A DNA stretch of 64,000 nucleotides. Origin: Monocercomonoides exilis PA203 (taxonomy: Eukaryota; Protista; Preaxostyla). The notes beneath the pieces were generated by a model. The model worked only from the letters and a program-made list of their open reading frames with translations. It was not told the DNA's origin and searched no databases. The DNA lies in assembly GCA_001643675.2 (NCBI GenBank), contig LSRY02000016.1:186001-250000 (forward strand), written 5' to 3'. Below, in pieces: positions 38,501 through 51,780 of this stretch (the first letter of the stretch is position 1; every line of letters begins with the position of its first letter). Position numbers and translations under genes: made by a program.

Positions 38501-41500
38501 TTCCACCAGCATTGCTTGACGAATAACAGTTCTGAAATGTAGTATAACCTCCTGAAGATTTCACATCCAAGCTTTTAATAGAAATAGCTAGCAGAAGTGG
38601 TTGCCTGGATTTTCTTGTCACAGACGGTTCCCAAGTTCCTCTGAACGTTGATGAATCAATTGAACAACAAATATCAGAAGAAGATGATCCATTCAGGCAC
38701 ACAAGCGACTTTTGCATTGCATCTCCACCATTGAACTCACAATTAGATATTGCTGTTGTTCTTCCACTCCACAACGCCTCTCCTTCTCCATCACTTGTAA
38801 CAGTACAATCTGTGAAAATTAATTCATTCACAATTGCATCAGAAAGCTGATCGTTCTCTTTCGCTTTTGTTGCTTGAATATTTATTGCTCCTCCATTTCC
38901 ATTTAAACCATTTGCAGAACAATTCATTGCAGAACATTCCTTTATCGTTACCTTCAAGACAGAGGATCCAACATATACAGCACCTCCAGAAGATGCGCTT
39001 AAGCTTTCAAAGTATAATCTGGAGAGAGACAAAGTATTAACTTCATCAACAAACAATGCGCCCCCAAAATTTTGTGAATAATGATTTTTTATTGTTGAAT
39101 TGAGTTCACCATCTTTCGCATATCGAAGAGTTACAGATTGAACACCTTTCACATAAATCAGAGAGCCTGACGTTATTGTAGTATCATTTGAAAGTCCATT
39201 CCCTTCAATTGAAAAATATTCAAATAAAAACGACTCCATGAAAGAATCTGTATCGCTTTTCCTCTCAATACAAATGCAGCATCCCCTTTGTCCAAACACA
39301 TTAGAAAATTCAATATGAGATAACGACATTTTTTTCACATTCTCCATCAATATTCCGCCGGCTTTTGTAGATGAGTAATGGTTCTCCATAATGGTTCCAA
39401 TTGAATTGACCGAACCATTTCCTTCGGTCAATATAAGGCTATCAATTTGAGAAACAACAAGAAGAGATGAATCAGAAGCTTTCGATTCGTTTGAATTCCA
39501 TTTTCCTCTAAATTCACAATCAATAAAAGTTGCGGTCATATCACTTGAGTTTGATCCATCCAGCAGCACGCCACTGGAAAAATGTCCAGAACAACCAGAA
39601 AATTGACATCTTTCAACTTTTATGGATTGAAAGCATGCCATTCCTCCAGCAACACCTTTCTCTCCCTTTGCTTCACAATCTATAAACTGCGAATTTGTAA
39701 GATTGGTTATTGCACTTTCATCATTTTTCAAACTTGAACGTTTTGATATGTAAAGTGCTCCTCCATATGAATTTGCGGAATCAGAAGTAAAGCATGACGT
39801 AATCGAAAGAGATGATAAATTTATATTTTGAACCAAAGACCCTATAAAAATTGCACCACCCATACATGCACTTATTTTTTGGAATGACCAATTTTCTATC
39901 AAAAGATTTCCAACTTGGTCAACATTTATCGCGCCTCCATTGGCAGATGATGCAAAAGATGATGCTTTAGAACGAATATTATTAATTAACGAAGAAAATT
40001 CAAGCTTTTCAATTCCATGCAAATAAAAAAGTGAACCGCAATTTTCAGGTTGCGAATCTTCGTTGTTGTTTATTCCCGTTGCAACACAGCTTTGAATGAC
40101 GCATTTTTTCATTTGAGTTTTGTTGTCTTTCTCTTCATGAAATACGCAACTTCCCTTTGAGCCAAATATTCCAATAAAATTCGATTCGCCTATGAATACA
40201 GATTCAACATTTTTTATATGAATTCCCCCACAAACGCCTGCCGACCAATGAGACGAAAAGAGTGAATGGACTTTTGGAGCAACGCTTGCGTCTGGCTCAA
40301 TAACTAATTTCCCAAAAGATTCAACATTTAACAGTGCTGAAGCTGTTCCTTTCGCTTGAGCTTTATCCCAGCTTCCTATAAATGTGCAACCTTTCAAATG
40401 TGCTGTTGCAGAAGATCCTTCACCTTTAAGCTCAACGCAAGAACCATTTTCCCGTGCAGAACGGACAAATGAGCATTTTTCTAAATTTACGCTTCTAGAA
40501 ATCCATAGGCATTCTCCCTCTGCACCACTTGACTGATCGATGCTGCACAATTTAACAGAGACGTCTGTAAGACTTATGGAAATTGGATCGTTATTCAGAA
40601 TATCAGCATAACTACATATAACTCCTCCTCCTCCATGGTGGGTGTTGGAGGTGCCTGTAGCCTCACAATGTTCAATCGTCAAATCATTAATTGTAATATC
40701 TCTGACATGAGAGCCAATATAAAAACCACCACCACTGAGTGCTTTTAATGAAGATAATGAAATTGAACTGATGGAAAGATTGTTTACTTCGTCGACAAAG
40801 ATTCCTCCTCCTTTTTGCGATGAGGAATGCCTCTGAATCGTATTTGGTATCTTTTCTGACTGGACATCTTTGGATCTAATAATCACGTCCAATGATCCCT
40901 TTATCAAAACCATCGGACCTAATTTAAGCGGTTCTTGCTCTCCTTCAACAGCAACTCCGGTCATTTTGCATCCTTCTATTATTACAGAACGAAGAGGAGA
41001 ATCGCTGGACTGCAAACGATCTATGTAAATGCAAGAGCCTTTTGATCCATAAACTGAAGTAAAGCTTACTCCACTTATCTCCACTTCTTCAACGTTTTGT
41101 GCAAGTATTCCTCCGCTGGGAGCTGAGGACCAGAGGTTCGAAAAAGAAGTCTTTACAGCGTCGTTAAAATTATTTTCAATTAACGTTTGCGATTGAGAAT
41201 TCAAATTTTGTTGCATCTGGTTGTTTGTATAATCCCCAACTTTTAATGATTGAAGATTCTGTGCAAATATGAAAGATGAATTCCAACTCGCCACTTTAGA
41301 GCTTTGCTTTTCTCCTGAAAATGTGCATCCAGAAACAATAACTTTTGTACCATTATTTCCGACTCCATTACAATACAAATTGCTTCCTTGCAAATTGTTG
41401 GATTTTGAAAATGTGCTTTCGGTTATGGTCAAACTTCTTGCGCTCCAAATGTCCTCTCCATTTCCTTGTGTCCCGATAGAGCAATTGGTAAACTTCGTTT

Positions 41501-44190
41501 TTGACACATACGCAGTTGGGGACTCATCTTCATTCTTGCTGGGCTTTGAAAAATATAACCCTCCTCCGTTTCCATCTGATGTTCCGAGTGCTGAGCAACT
41601 TTCGATGATTGCCCCTTCGATTGTTATCCCCTTAACAGATTCGCCAACTAAAACAGCTCCCCCTTTGTATCCACGAAGCAAAGAAAAACTGGCTTGACTG
41701 ATATGGAAATCTTCGCAGTTATCAACATATATTCCTCCGCTCGACTTCGCGGAAGCAAACGATTGGATAGTTGTTGGCGTATCACCAACCGACGAGACTG
41801 TAACTTTCTTTGCATTTGAAACATACACACTTGAGCCGACGTTTTCTGGGACAACGTCTGTTTCTACTTTTTGTCCGCTCATTGTGCAGCCTTCAATAGT
41901 TACAGCTTCGGAAGGTTCGTCTTTATCCGATATTGGCACAACGCAAACGCATCCTCCGAGTTCCGCAAAAACACTGATAAAATTAGCACAGCTGACATTA
42001 ACTTTTTTGCATCCTTCAACAAAAATTCCCCCACCATTTTTTGTTGTCCAAAGATTGGTAAACTCTGATCGTAATTTATCTTTCTGTATGATTGAGACAG
42101 AAGAAGCTGCCTTTACGTGGAGAAGAGAACATTGCAATGGTTCTTTCGATTTGCTTGTCCATGTTCCTTTGAAGGAGCAACCTTCGACAATAACAGGCAA
42201 ATTAGAAGTCGCGGTAGCATCACACGCAACACAGGAACCACCCTTTTTGTCGGATTTCGCAAAAGAGCACTCAGACAAATGCAAAGAACGAGCAGAAAAG
42301 ATGCATTCGCCATTTGCTGATCCCACCGCCGACAGATAGCAAGAGGATATTTGCAAGTTGGAAAGCTCAACTGGTTCGAGATTTTCAAATGACGGAGATG
42401 GAGCTGAAATGGAAATCCCACCCCCGCCTCCACTAATTGCAGAAGACGAAGAACATTCAGAAATAGCCACTGAACTGATTTGTATCTTCTCAACATCTGT
42501 CGAGATGTATATCCCTCCCCCAGATTCGGCGGAAAGCTTTGAGAAAGAGGAGCCAACAATTTTTACTGATGCAACTTTATTTACATAAACTCCTCCCCCT
42601 TTGCAAGAAGAAGTATGGGAACTGAAAACACTTTTGCTCGAAGAATCATTAGAAAATAATGTTGATGATGCACCGGACGGAGGTTTGACGCTAGCAAAAG
42701 ATGTTGATGATTGTGACGATGAATTATGTGAAATAAAATTGAGTGGAATGAAGGGTGATGTGAGTCGCGATGATGATGATGATAACGATGAAGTGTCTTG
42801 ATGTGAATTGTTAGAATCAATGTTGTGAGATGATGAAATAAAAGAGAAAGGTGGTGAATTGACACTTGTATCAGAAATTTGCGGTGGATCAAATTGGTAA
42901 ATTTCAAGTGAAGCTGCATTCTTCACAGAAACAAGAGGTCCAAGCTGAAGTGTTGATTCAGAATCAGTGGAATAATTCAATTTCTCAGTACCAGAGAATG
43001 ACGAGCCTTCAATTTTCACTGTCAATGCTGCATCGTCAATATCAAGAAAAATGCTACTAATCTCAATATCTTCTTTAAGTTGTTGCTTGAGTGTCGGAAG
43101 TGAGGATGGAGTGGGTGATTGAACAATTGAAAAAGTTGATCTTGAAATATAGAGTGAAGGTGAATCATTTGCAACCACTGTTTCAGAATCAAGATAAGAA
43201 CTATTTTGATTTGCATCTGTCATAAGTAACGCTGTAGAAGTTGCAAGGGGTGATACTTCAATTAGCGCTTGCTTCAAGATAATGTGATTTGAATTTTGTG
43301 ACAATACAAGAGGAATTCTTTGTTCCAGAATTTGCTGTGGATGCTCTTGCTTTATTGAAGACTTAATAAATGACAAAGAACAAATGCTTTCAACAACCGC
43401 AAACGAAGCCAACTGCGACGTCAAAATAATATTGGTTTTCAAAGTGAAATGAGACCCTTTCACTGTGGCATTCGAATTGTTTTTTAATCTTAGTAATGCA
43501 CAATTTAAAGCACAAATTTCAGAGCCTGATGGAAGCCCGTCTAATATAATATTAGAATTATCGACTATAACATGGCTATATTGAGTTTCGCTTGCGTTTG
43601 ATAAATTATTAACTTTTGGAAAATCAGGATCAGGAAAAAATGTCATGCTGATAACTGAAGAGTCAGTAAATTGAAATGGAGGAGAAGTTCCTAATGTTGA
43701 AATAAATTTTATATCATTTATTGTAACTTCTGCACATTTTTGAATTTCTATTAAAGTTGAAGAGCATTCTGAAAAGCATAAAGATTTTATATCCAATCTA
43801 AAAAGTTTAAAAAATAAAGCAAAATAATTTTTTTCCTTTAAAAAAATATTTGAATACAAACTTTGTTATCGTATCAAATGACAAAAGAGATTGATTCAAG
43901 GGATTGATCCCATAAAATCCTATTTGATTATTCGAGCCGCTTATGGTCATAGAAGATTTGATTGGCTGTAATTTTTGTTGAATATCTTTTAATTCTTCGA
44001 TTTTTCCAACTATTATAATTTCCGTATCGTTGTCACAATTGTTCCATGCGTAAGAAAGCGTTTTACATTCAATGTTTGCATCGTTCAAACATTCTTGCAC
44101 ATCGGCTTCAGCTTGTGGATTAACAGTTATTTTATGCAAGTTTTCTAAGGCAACATTTTCCACAAGTAGCAGTACAATAAATATGTTCAT
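32592..44190 (-). CDS. Giant (~3844 aa) type-I membrane surface protein with GGA(I/V/L) parallel beta-helix repeats (chlamydial Pmp-like / pectin-lyase-like fold)
   Basis: Exon 1 44190-43862 carries a hydrophobic signal-peptide-like 'MNIFIVLLLVENVALE'. A 64-nt GTTTGT..TAG intron (43861-43798, phase 2) joins it to exon 2 43797-32592. There are dozens of GG[AG][IVL]/FxxC/FxxN motifs, a single TM 'LYTILAISVPCSIILIGIIIFIIIFV' followed by KKRSSRK, and a short Tyr-containing tail. Confidence 0.88.
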
Positions 44191-44279
44191 AGCCCAATTG
44201 CAGCCAAATTTAGTAAAATGTTGACAATTAAATTATTATATGTTGGTTATGCACAAAAATACCATTATAAAAGTATAAC
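44191..44279. promoter_or_regulatory. Putative compact bidirectional promoter
   Basis: Only 89 AT-rich nt separate the divergent ATGs at 44190 (-) and 44280 (+). It contains TATAAAAG near 44266. Function is inferred from geometry. Confidence 0.5.
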
Positions 44280-47200
44280 ATGAGCGATCAACCAGACCCT
44301 GATGAAGAAGAGGCAAACGAGCCTAGACAATCATCAAAACTTCAGCAAAATCAGCCTATCTTTTATGCTCTTCCTCCCATGATGGTTTCGCAGCCGAATC
44401 AGGTTTTAATGCATTTTTTGTGAAATGATATTTTTAGCTTTATTATTTCATGCTTCACAAAAAATATTTGTGTTATTTTTATTTACAGCGATATCCTAGT
44501 GCATTTATTTTAGGAGCAGAACAGAAAAAGTATTTTTATTTTATGACTAATTTATTTTTTATTGTGATATATTTTGATATAGTTTGACAAATACGGGATG
44601 GCAAGCCTTTTCTTTGCAAAGTTCTGCCTTCCAACAAGGAGGCCAACATATTGCTCAACTTGGAATTCAGCCTCAAGCACAGCAAGAGCAGCTTAAACAA
44701 GAAGATGATGAAAATGAAGAAGAGGAATATGAAACTGAAACTGAAGAATCACAGTCATATACTGAAAGTGAAGAAGAATCTGACATATACGAAGAAGAAT
44801 CAGATTTTGAAGCAAGAGATGAAAATGATGATGTTGCTCAGAGAAAACGGTCAACAACTTCTCGTTCTTCAGCCAAAGATCAGTCTTCTTCAGTTTCGGT
44901 TTCGACTTCTTCAAGTCATTCTTCATCTTCCTTATTACATTCATATTCACCTTCACCGTCACCATCATTAGGTCAGTCTCTATCATTAGGAGAATTATCA
45001 ACACTTTCTCGATCTAATCAGCAAGAAAACGATTTCAATGAGGACAAAGCAACTCTCCAACGATCCGACGATTCCTCATATCAGCATGGCACAACGTTTT
45101 CATCTCCAAAGTCTCGTATGCTTCAATCTGTTTCTCCAAACCCTTCTACACGATCCTATTCATCATTGCCATCTCTTCTTCCATCGCAGCCCCAAATCAT
45201 CGACCCACTGGCAATGCAAGTTAGCTCGCAATACAACACTTCATCATCATCATCATCTTCTTCTTCTTCTTCACTGTCGGCGTTATCATCTGTTGCACCC
45301 TCCTCTTCCTCCGTGGCAACTTCAAATTCCTTATATCGCACCATTTCATCACCTCACTCTTCGAAATTGCCTATTCCCGAAGACACCACTTCACAACTTG
45401 TCTCTTCACTCACTTCGTCCTCCTTTTTTTCATCATCTTCATCCATATCTTCAACTTCCTCCTCCTCTTCTTCTTCTTCCTCATCCTCATTTCCTTCCTC
45501 TGACAGCATTTCTTCTCCCTCTCCGTCAGTCGTCGCTGCATCCGACTATTCAAACAGCACTCTTCCTGCAGGCCTCACCCAGCCTGTCTTGTACTCCCTC
45601 CCAGGCAGCGCCTTCAGCCAGCCGCTGATCATATTTGCCCCACAAATAGCCTTTCCTCCTGCACAAACACCACACCAGCCAGCTGGAAAGCCTGCAAAGC
45701 GACGTGACAGAAAGAAAAGCCGGTCGCCTCACTCGTTCATGTCTGTCGGCGGGTTTTCGGTTCCTCCATTGACTTCTTCTTCTTCTTCTTCTGCTTCTGC
45801 TTCATCTGTCCTTTCTGACGGAGCGTCGTATTCCTCTTCCTACTTCGTGGCTGGAGCATCAGCAGCGAAAAGGGCAAGAGGAAGTGAGGCAGAGTCATTC
45901 CAGTCAACATCGTCTTCATCTGACCTCTCCACGCTCAACAGCATTTCTCTGCCAGACGAGCAAGACGACTTCAACCGCACAGCAACAATGGCTTCTTCAT
46001 CTGCCTCAACAACGTCTCCTTCCATATCCTCATCCTCCTCTTCTTCTATGTCATCTTCTGGCTCATCATCATCATCATCCTCCTCCTCCTCCTCTTCCTC
46101 TATTTCTTTTGATGCGCCTTCTCATTCCCACCTCGCCTCTTCCAAGTCTGACGGCTCCTCCTCACTCGGTTCTGACACACTCTCTTCCTCTTCCTCTCTT
46201 CTGTCTCTATCTTCTGTCTCTTCTGCTGCATCACAGTCAACACCTGACATCCCTTCACCCCGCCAGACGGACAAGAGAGCCACAGAAAGAGCACACACAC
46301 GCTCTCCTCATTCACCCAAATCTTCTCATTCATCGCACTCCTCTCACTCCAACCACTCCTTCAACTCCTCCAACACATCCAATTCTTCCAATTCTGCCAA
46401 TTCTGCCAACTTTTCGAGCACTTCCAGCTCTTCCTCGAAGCCCCAGCTGCATCGCATCGGCACAAAAAGGAAAGCGCAGACACCAACCTCACGGGGCATC
46501 TCCTCTTTCCCGTCTGTCCCTGCGCTTTCACAGCCACTGATTGTGTCGCCCATCCAGCTCGCTGCCTCAAACATGCCTTCTTCTCAGTCATCGCTCTCTC
46601 AACTGCAACAACAACAACAACAACAACAACAGATGATTCTCTTTCAACCTGGTCTGAATGGATTCCCTCCGATGTTTCTGGCACTGCCTCAGTCGCCACA
46701 GAACCAGGCAGCTCTTTCGTCTCTGCCAGGTTCTCCTTCAAATACTTCATCATCATCATCATCATCAACTTCTTCTTCTTCTGTTTCCTCTTCTTCTTTA
46801 TCTTCTTCTTTTCCATTATCATCCTCCTCCTCCTCCTCCTCTCCATTATCTGCTTCATTGAAAGGTGCCCAGCCAGCCATGATGCTTCCTCAAGCAGCCA
46901 TTCTGATGATGCCAACAATGTCTCCAAATACATTATCATCATCATCTTCCTCTTCCTCTTCCTCCTCTTCTTCCTCTTCAAATGGCACTCCAAAGGAATC
47001 ACAGATGCAATATTATCAGATGGTCCTTCCACAGACACAGATGGCAGCAAGTGTCACTCAGAACATGGCTGCCCCGTCTGCACTGAATGGGAACAAGGCA
47101 GATGATGACAGAGCAGCATATCAAATGCAGATAGCTCAGATGTCTCGTCAGGAGCAATCAGGACAAACAACAACAGATCATATTTCTATCTCTTCATCAT

Positions 47201-50200
47201 CGTCAATGTCTTCTTCTTCAAAGACAGAAGATTCAACAGCCACACCACATTCATCAGCACGACTGTCAGACAATCCTATTCCCAACAGAAATAATCTGCT
47301 TAACTCGCAATCACCTGGCGATTCAGACAACGCATCCTCTCTTCATCCATTCAACCACACCAACATTAACAGTAGTATTCACTATCAACATCCAGAGCAC
47401 TCGTCGTCATATGCTGTTACATCTGCCCCTCTTCCACCTTCTTCCTCTTCTGCTCTTCCTCCATCTCCTTCAACAACATCACAACATTCAGTCGCTTCTG
47501 CTTCATCTGCCAATCAGCCATCTGTCTCTTCTCTCTCAACATCATCTGTTAGTCTTTCTCCTCCTGTCAATTCTTCCTCATCTTCTTCGTCTTCCTCCTC
47601 TTCCTCTTCATCCTCATTATCATCCAATATTTCATCATCATCATCTTCTTCTTCTGACTTCTCCTCCAATGTTCCCCTCAGCACCCCCATTCCTGTGTCT
47701 CACCCAGCCCTCTTTCGTCGCCCCTTCTCTCTTCAGCCAGCTGCTGCTGCCACAAACTCGCCTGTCCCGTCTTCTCCTTCCTCTCTCAATGAATCCACTC
47801 ACCAAGACCCAACACCTTCAAATGGCTCCTTTACCCTCTACGCCACACCTCCTTCCTCTGCCCGCTCTTTCACCTCTCCTCAGCTGCTGTTCACTCCCTC
47901 TGCAACTTCGGCTGCTCCTTTCCCTTCCTCTTCTTCTTTCTCTTCTGCCTTCCCTCCTTCCTCTTCCACCTATTCTTCTTCCTCTGCCTCTTCTTCTTCA
48001 TCTTCCTCCATTATGGCCACCACTCCCACGGGTGTCTCAGGCATCCTGCAATATCCCCCTCTGAATTCGACTCCTCTTCAGTCTGCCTCTCAGCAGTCAA
48101 CTCCTCTCTTCTTCTCTTCCTCCACACCCGGCAGCGTCGACCGCGTAGGCATCCTCTCAATGGAACGCTCTGCTCCATTCCAGCTGGCCTCGCCATACAA
48201 CGTGCCTCTCCCTTTCGCTTCTTCTACATCTTCTTCTTCTTCTATTTCAAATGCATTATCATCAACATCTTCTTCTTCTTCTTCTTCTTCATCTATTCTT
48301 GGTTCCACCTCCACCCCCATCGCCCTCACTCCTCTCAGCGGCCCAGTTACCTCTGTCACACCATCACACACGCCTCGTCCCGGTGCCTCAGCTCTTCTCT
48401 CTTCCTCTCCCTCTCAGTCCCTCTTCTCCTCATATCCCCTCTCGAAGGACTTCCCCTGGGGCATCGCCTCTCCTTCAGGCACTCCCATCTCTCCTTCTGT
48501 CCTCTCTGGCGCACTTTCTTCTGCTGCTCCTCTGACAGGCATTGCATCCATGACATCCACCGACCACTTCTACTCACAGCACACACTCCAAATGCTCTCT
48601 CAATCACAACAGCAATCACAACAGCAATTAATAGGCACACCACACATTATGTCTTCATTCAGTTCTCAACAACAACAACCACAACCACAATCACTGCAAC
48701 AACAGCAGCAGCAGATGTCACAGCCTGTGCAAGAGCTGATAATCCCCACCATTCCCACCCCTGGCTCTTCTGTCCACTCTTCCCTCCTCTCTGGACTGGT
48801 GTATCAGTCTTCTCAGAGAGAAAGCGGAACACCAAAAGGATCCATCCCTTCCTCTCCTTCCTGCAGCTTCCCTTCTTCTTTGGCTGGCACTCAAATCTCT
48901 TCCACTCCGCCTGCTGTTGCCGACTCGCCCTTTGCAGCAGCGTCGAATTCTCTCTCTTCCATTCACTCTGCTTCTGCGCTGCCTCAAATGCGAACAGAAC
49001 TCACAGAAGAGAAATTACCTCAGATACCAACATCACAATTGACGCTGCTGGCCAGCCCTTCTCAGTCATCAGCTGCTCATTCACAGGCATCTTCATTGGC
49101 AGCAGAAGAGTCATTGGCATCTCAGCAGAAGGCAGCCATGTCAAATGCATCTTCATATTCTGTTTCAATTAATTCATCACTTGCTTCTCAGCCTACTCTT
49201 GAGCTTTCTTCTCCTTCTATTTCTTCAACTTCTTCTGCCTCTTCATTGGGCTTTGTTGCCCCCACAATCAGAATGCATCCAGTGCTTTCTACGTCTTCTG
49301 CTCCATTTACACACGATTCTTCTTCTTCCTCTTCCTCTTCTTCCTCCTCCTCTTCTTCACATTCTTCCCAGAAAGGACAGCCAGTTCTCTACAAACCCAA
49401 GCCCTATCCTTCTGATTCTGCGCCTTTGTCTTCTCCATCTGCCCATCCGAACAACGTGGTCACTCCTTCCTTTGTTGTAGCCAATGCCTCTTCTGTCCTG
49501 CCAGACGAGCAGACGCACCACGATCTTTTGTTGGACGCCTTCAAAGCAGGCTCCATCAACCTCAACGGCTTGTCTTCTGTCTCTGGCCACGCCATGGCCT
49601 TCTGCTGCGACCAGATGGGCAGCCGCTTTTTGCAGTCGCAGATTCAGATGTGTCTGAAGAGCCCTACGGCGTCTTCTGTGCGGGCTGATGCAGCTGGAGA
49701 CGATAACAGCAGCAGAACAAGCAGAGGAAGTGCAAATGCAAATGCAAATGGAAGTGGAAGTGGAAGTGCCAGTGTTAACAGTGCCAACACAGCTGAGCTG
49801 GATGCCTTCTTCGGAGAGATTGAGCCACATCTGCAGCAGCTGATCCGCGATCCGTTTGGCAACTATGTTGTGCAGAAGCTGATGGACGTGTGCTCCTTCC
49901 GCCAGCTGCACGCCATCATCGACTTGTTGTGGGGCTCCATCTCTGCCCTCTCCTCTGACGTCTATGCGTGTCGTGTCGTGCAGAAATCACTGGATTTTCT
50001 CAGCCCTGACGAATGCTCCCGCTTTGCTGATGAGCTCTTTCCTGATGTGATTGAGAAGATATTCGACCAGAACGCAAACCATGTTGTGCAGCGGTGCATC
50101 GAGTGTGTCTCACCAAAGAGCCTCGACCCGATCTTCCAAATTATCCTTAGCACAACCTCTGACTCCCTCCCAGACAGTTCATCAGAAGACACGAAGGACA

Positions 50201-51780
50201 ATGAAGGCAATGGAAAAGGAGGGGCAAAGGGAGCAAAAGGAGGGGTGTCTGTGGAGTATCTCTCGTGCCACAGCTACGGCTGCCGGGTTCTGCAGAGCCT
50301 GTTGGACCATGGCAGCGCCGAGCAAGCAGCACAGCTGGTGGAGAGGCTGGTGCCACACGCGCCGCGTTTTGTGCTGAACCAATATGGCAACTATGTCATC
50401 CAGTACATCATCCGCTACTGCGGCGACAAGACAAGGACGCGGGTGGTGTCTCTGCTGAGAGGCACGTTCTTCACACTGAGCAGACACAAATACGCATCGA
50501 ATGTGGTGGAGTCGTGTATCGAGTGCTCTCCACGCCCGCTGAAGGACTGTGTCATCAACGAGCTCTTCGACCAAGGCGGGTCAAAGGAGCAGGCGCTGCT
50601 GGTGCTGATGAAGGACCAGTATGCAAACTATGTTGTGCAGAAGCTGTTTGACTTCATCGACTTGCCTTCCAAGCAGACGCTGCTCCGCCGGCTGAACAAC
50701 CTCCTCGTCAGTATGCGCGCGACACAAGGGCAGAAGGCGCTGCCCAGCCGTGTGGAGAAGATGATGACGACGCTCAATGCACAGCTGGCGGCACAGCTGC
50801 AGGGCGTCCCTCTTCCATCTGCACCTGAAAAGCCTCAGGGGAAGGCAGGCAGGCAGGGACAGGCAGCAGCAGTGGGGCATCATTCAGACGGGAGTGTGAT
50901 TAAGGCAGAGGAGCTGGTGCATCTGTCGTTTGAGGAAGAGCTGCTTCAGAGAGGGATGTTCCAGGCTATCCAACAGAATGCACAGGACTCTCCGGCTCCG
51001 ATGATGAACTTTCTGCCTCAGCCACAATCTGCACTGTCTTCTGCTTCTGCTTCTGCATATATGTCTTCTTATCCATACAATTCACATCCTCCCTTGTCGA
51101 TTCCTGTTTCAATGTCTCATTCTCTCTCTGGAGTGGATTTATCATCATCATCATCTTCTTCTTCTTCTTCCTCTTCCTCTTCCTCTTCCTCTTCCTCTTC
51201 CTCTTCCTCCTCCTCCTCCTCCTCTTCTTCTTCTTCTTCTGCAACTACAGCCTCTCCCCACTTATCCGTCCCTCCATACAATCAGGAGCCATTTTATGAC
51301 TTTCTTCCAAACTTCGCTGCACCCACTGCTCATCCCCGCTCTTTCCATCCAAACACTCCTCTTTCTTCTTCTTCTTCTTCTTCTGTCAATTTCCCGATGC
51401 CTCCTGTACACTTTTCTACATTTCATTCGATGCCTCCTTCATTGGCAGGACTGCCCTCTCTCCAAGCTCCCAACCCGTCTTCCTCTCCTTCCTCACATTC
51501 AGCCACAAACTCCACCTTCTTTCACTCACCCCCTGTAAATATCACACAACAGCCCCAGCAGCCGCTGAATCTGCCCCACCAATCTGCCATGCCTCTGCCT
51601 CCTCCTCAGTTTTCCACTCAATCGCCTTCTCCTCATCCGTACAGTACCTCTCCTTTCCATCCTCCCCCGCCTCATTCATCCGCCCCGTCGTATCCTCCCT
51701 TTCAGCCGAATTCTCTTCTGAGGCAGTCTTCTCAGGCACAGCAGCTGCCACCTTTTATGTCTTATAATCATTTCTCTTGA
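44280..51780 (+). CDS. Pumilio/PUF RNA-binding protein (~2453 aa) with very long Ser/Gln/Pro-rich disordered regions, 3 exons
   Basis: Eight PUF repeats at ~49590-50700: GSRFLQ, GNYVVQ, ACRVVQ, ANHVVQ, GCRVLQ, GNYVIQ, ASNVVE, ANYVVQ. In-phase exons are 44280-44402, 44489-44529 (41 nt) and 44583-51780. Intron 2 has a branch-like TGACTAAT. Confidence 0.93.
51141..51240 (+). repeat. TCN triplet tract encoding ~33 consecutive serines in the PUF protein
   Basis: Blocks of TCA, TCT, (TCCTCT)n and TCC codons. Confidence 0.85.

Noticed and set aside
51534-51541. Perfect Pumilio element TGTAAATA near the end of the PUF CDS (autoregulation?)
   Set aside because: It is a single 8-mer in coding sequence, and none was seen in the adjacent 3' flank; compatible with chance.
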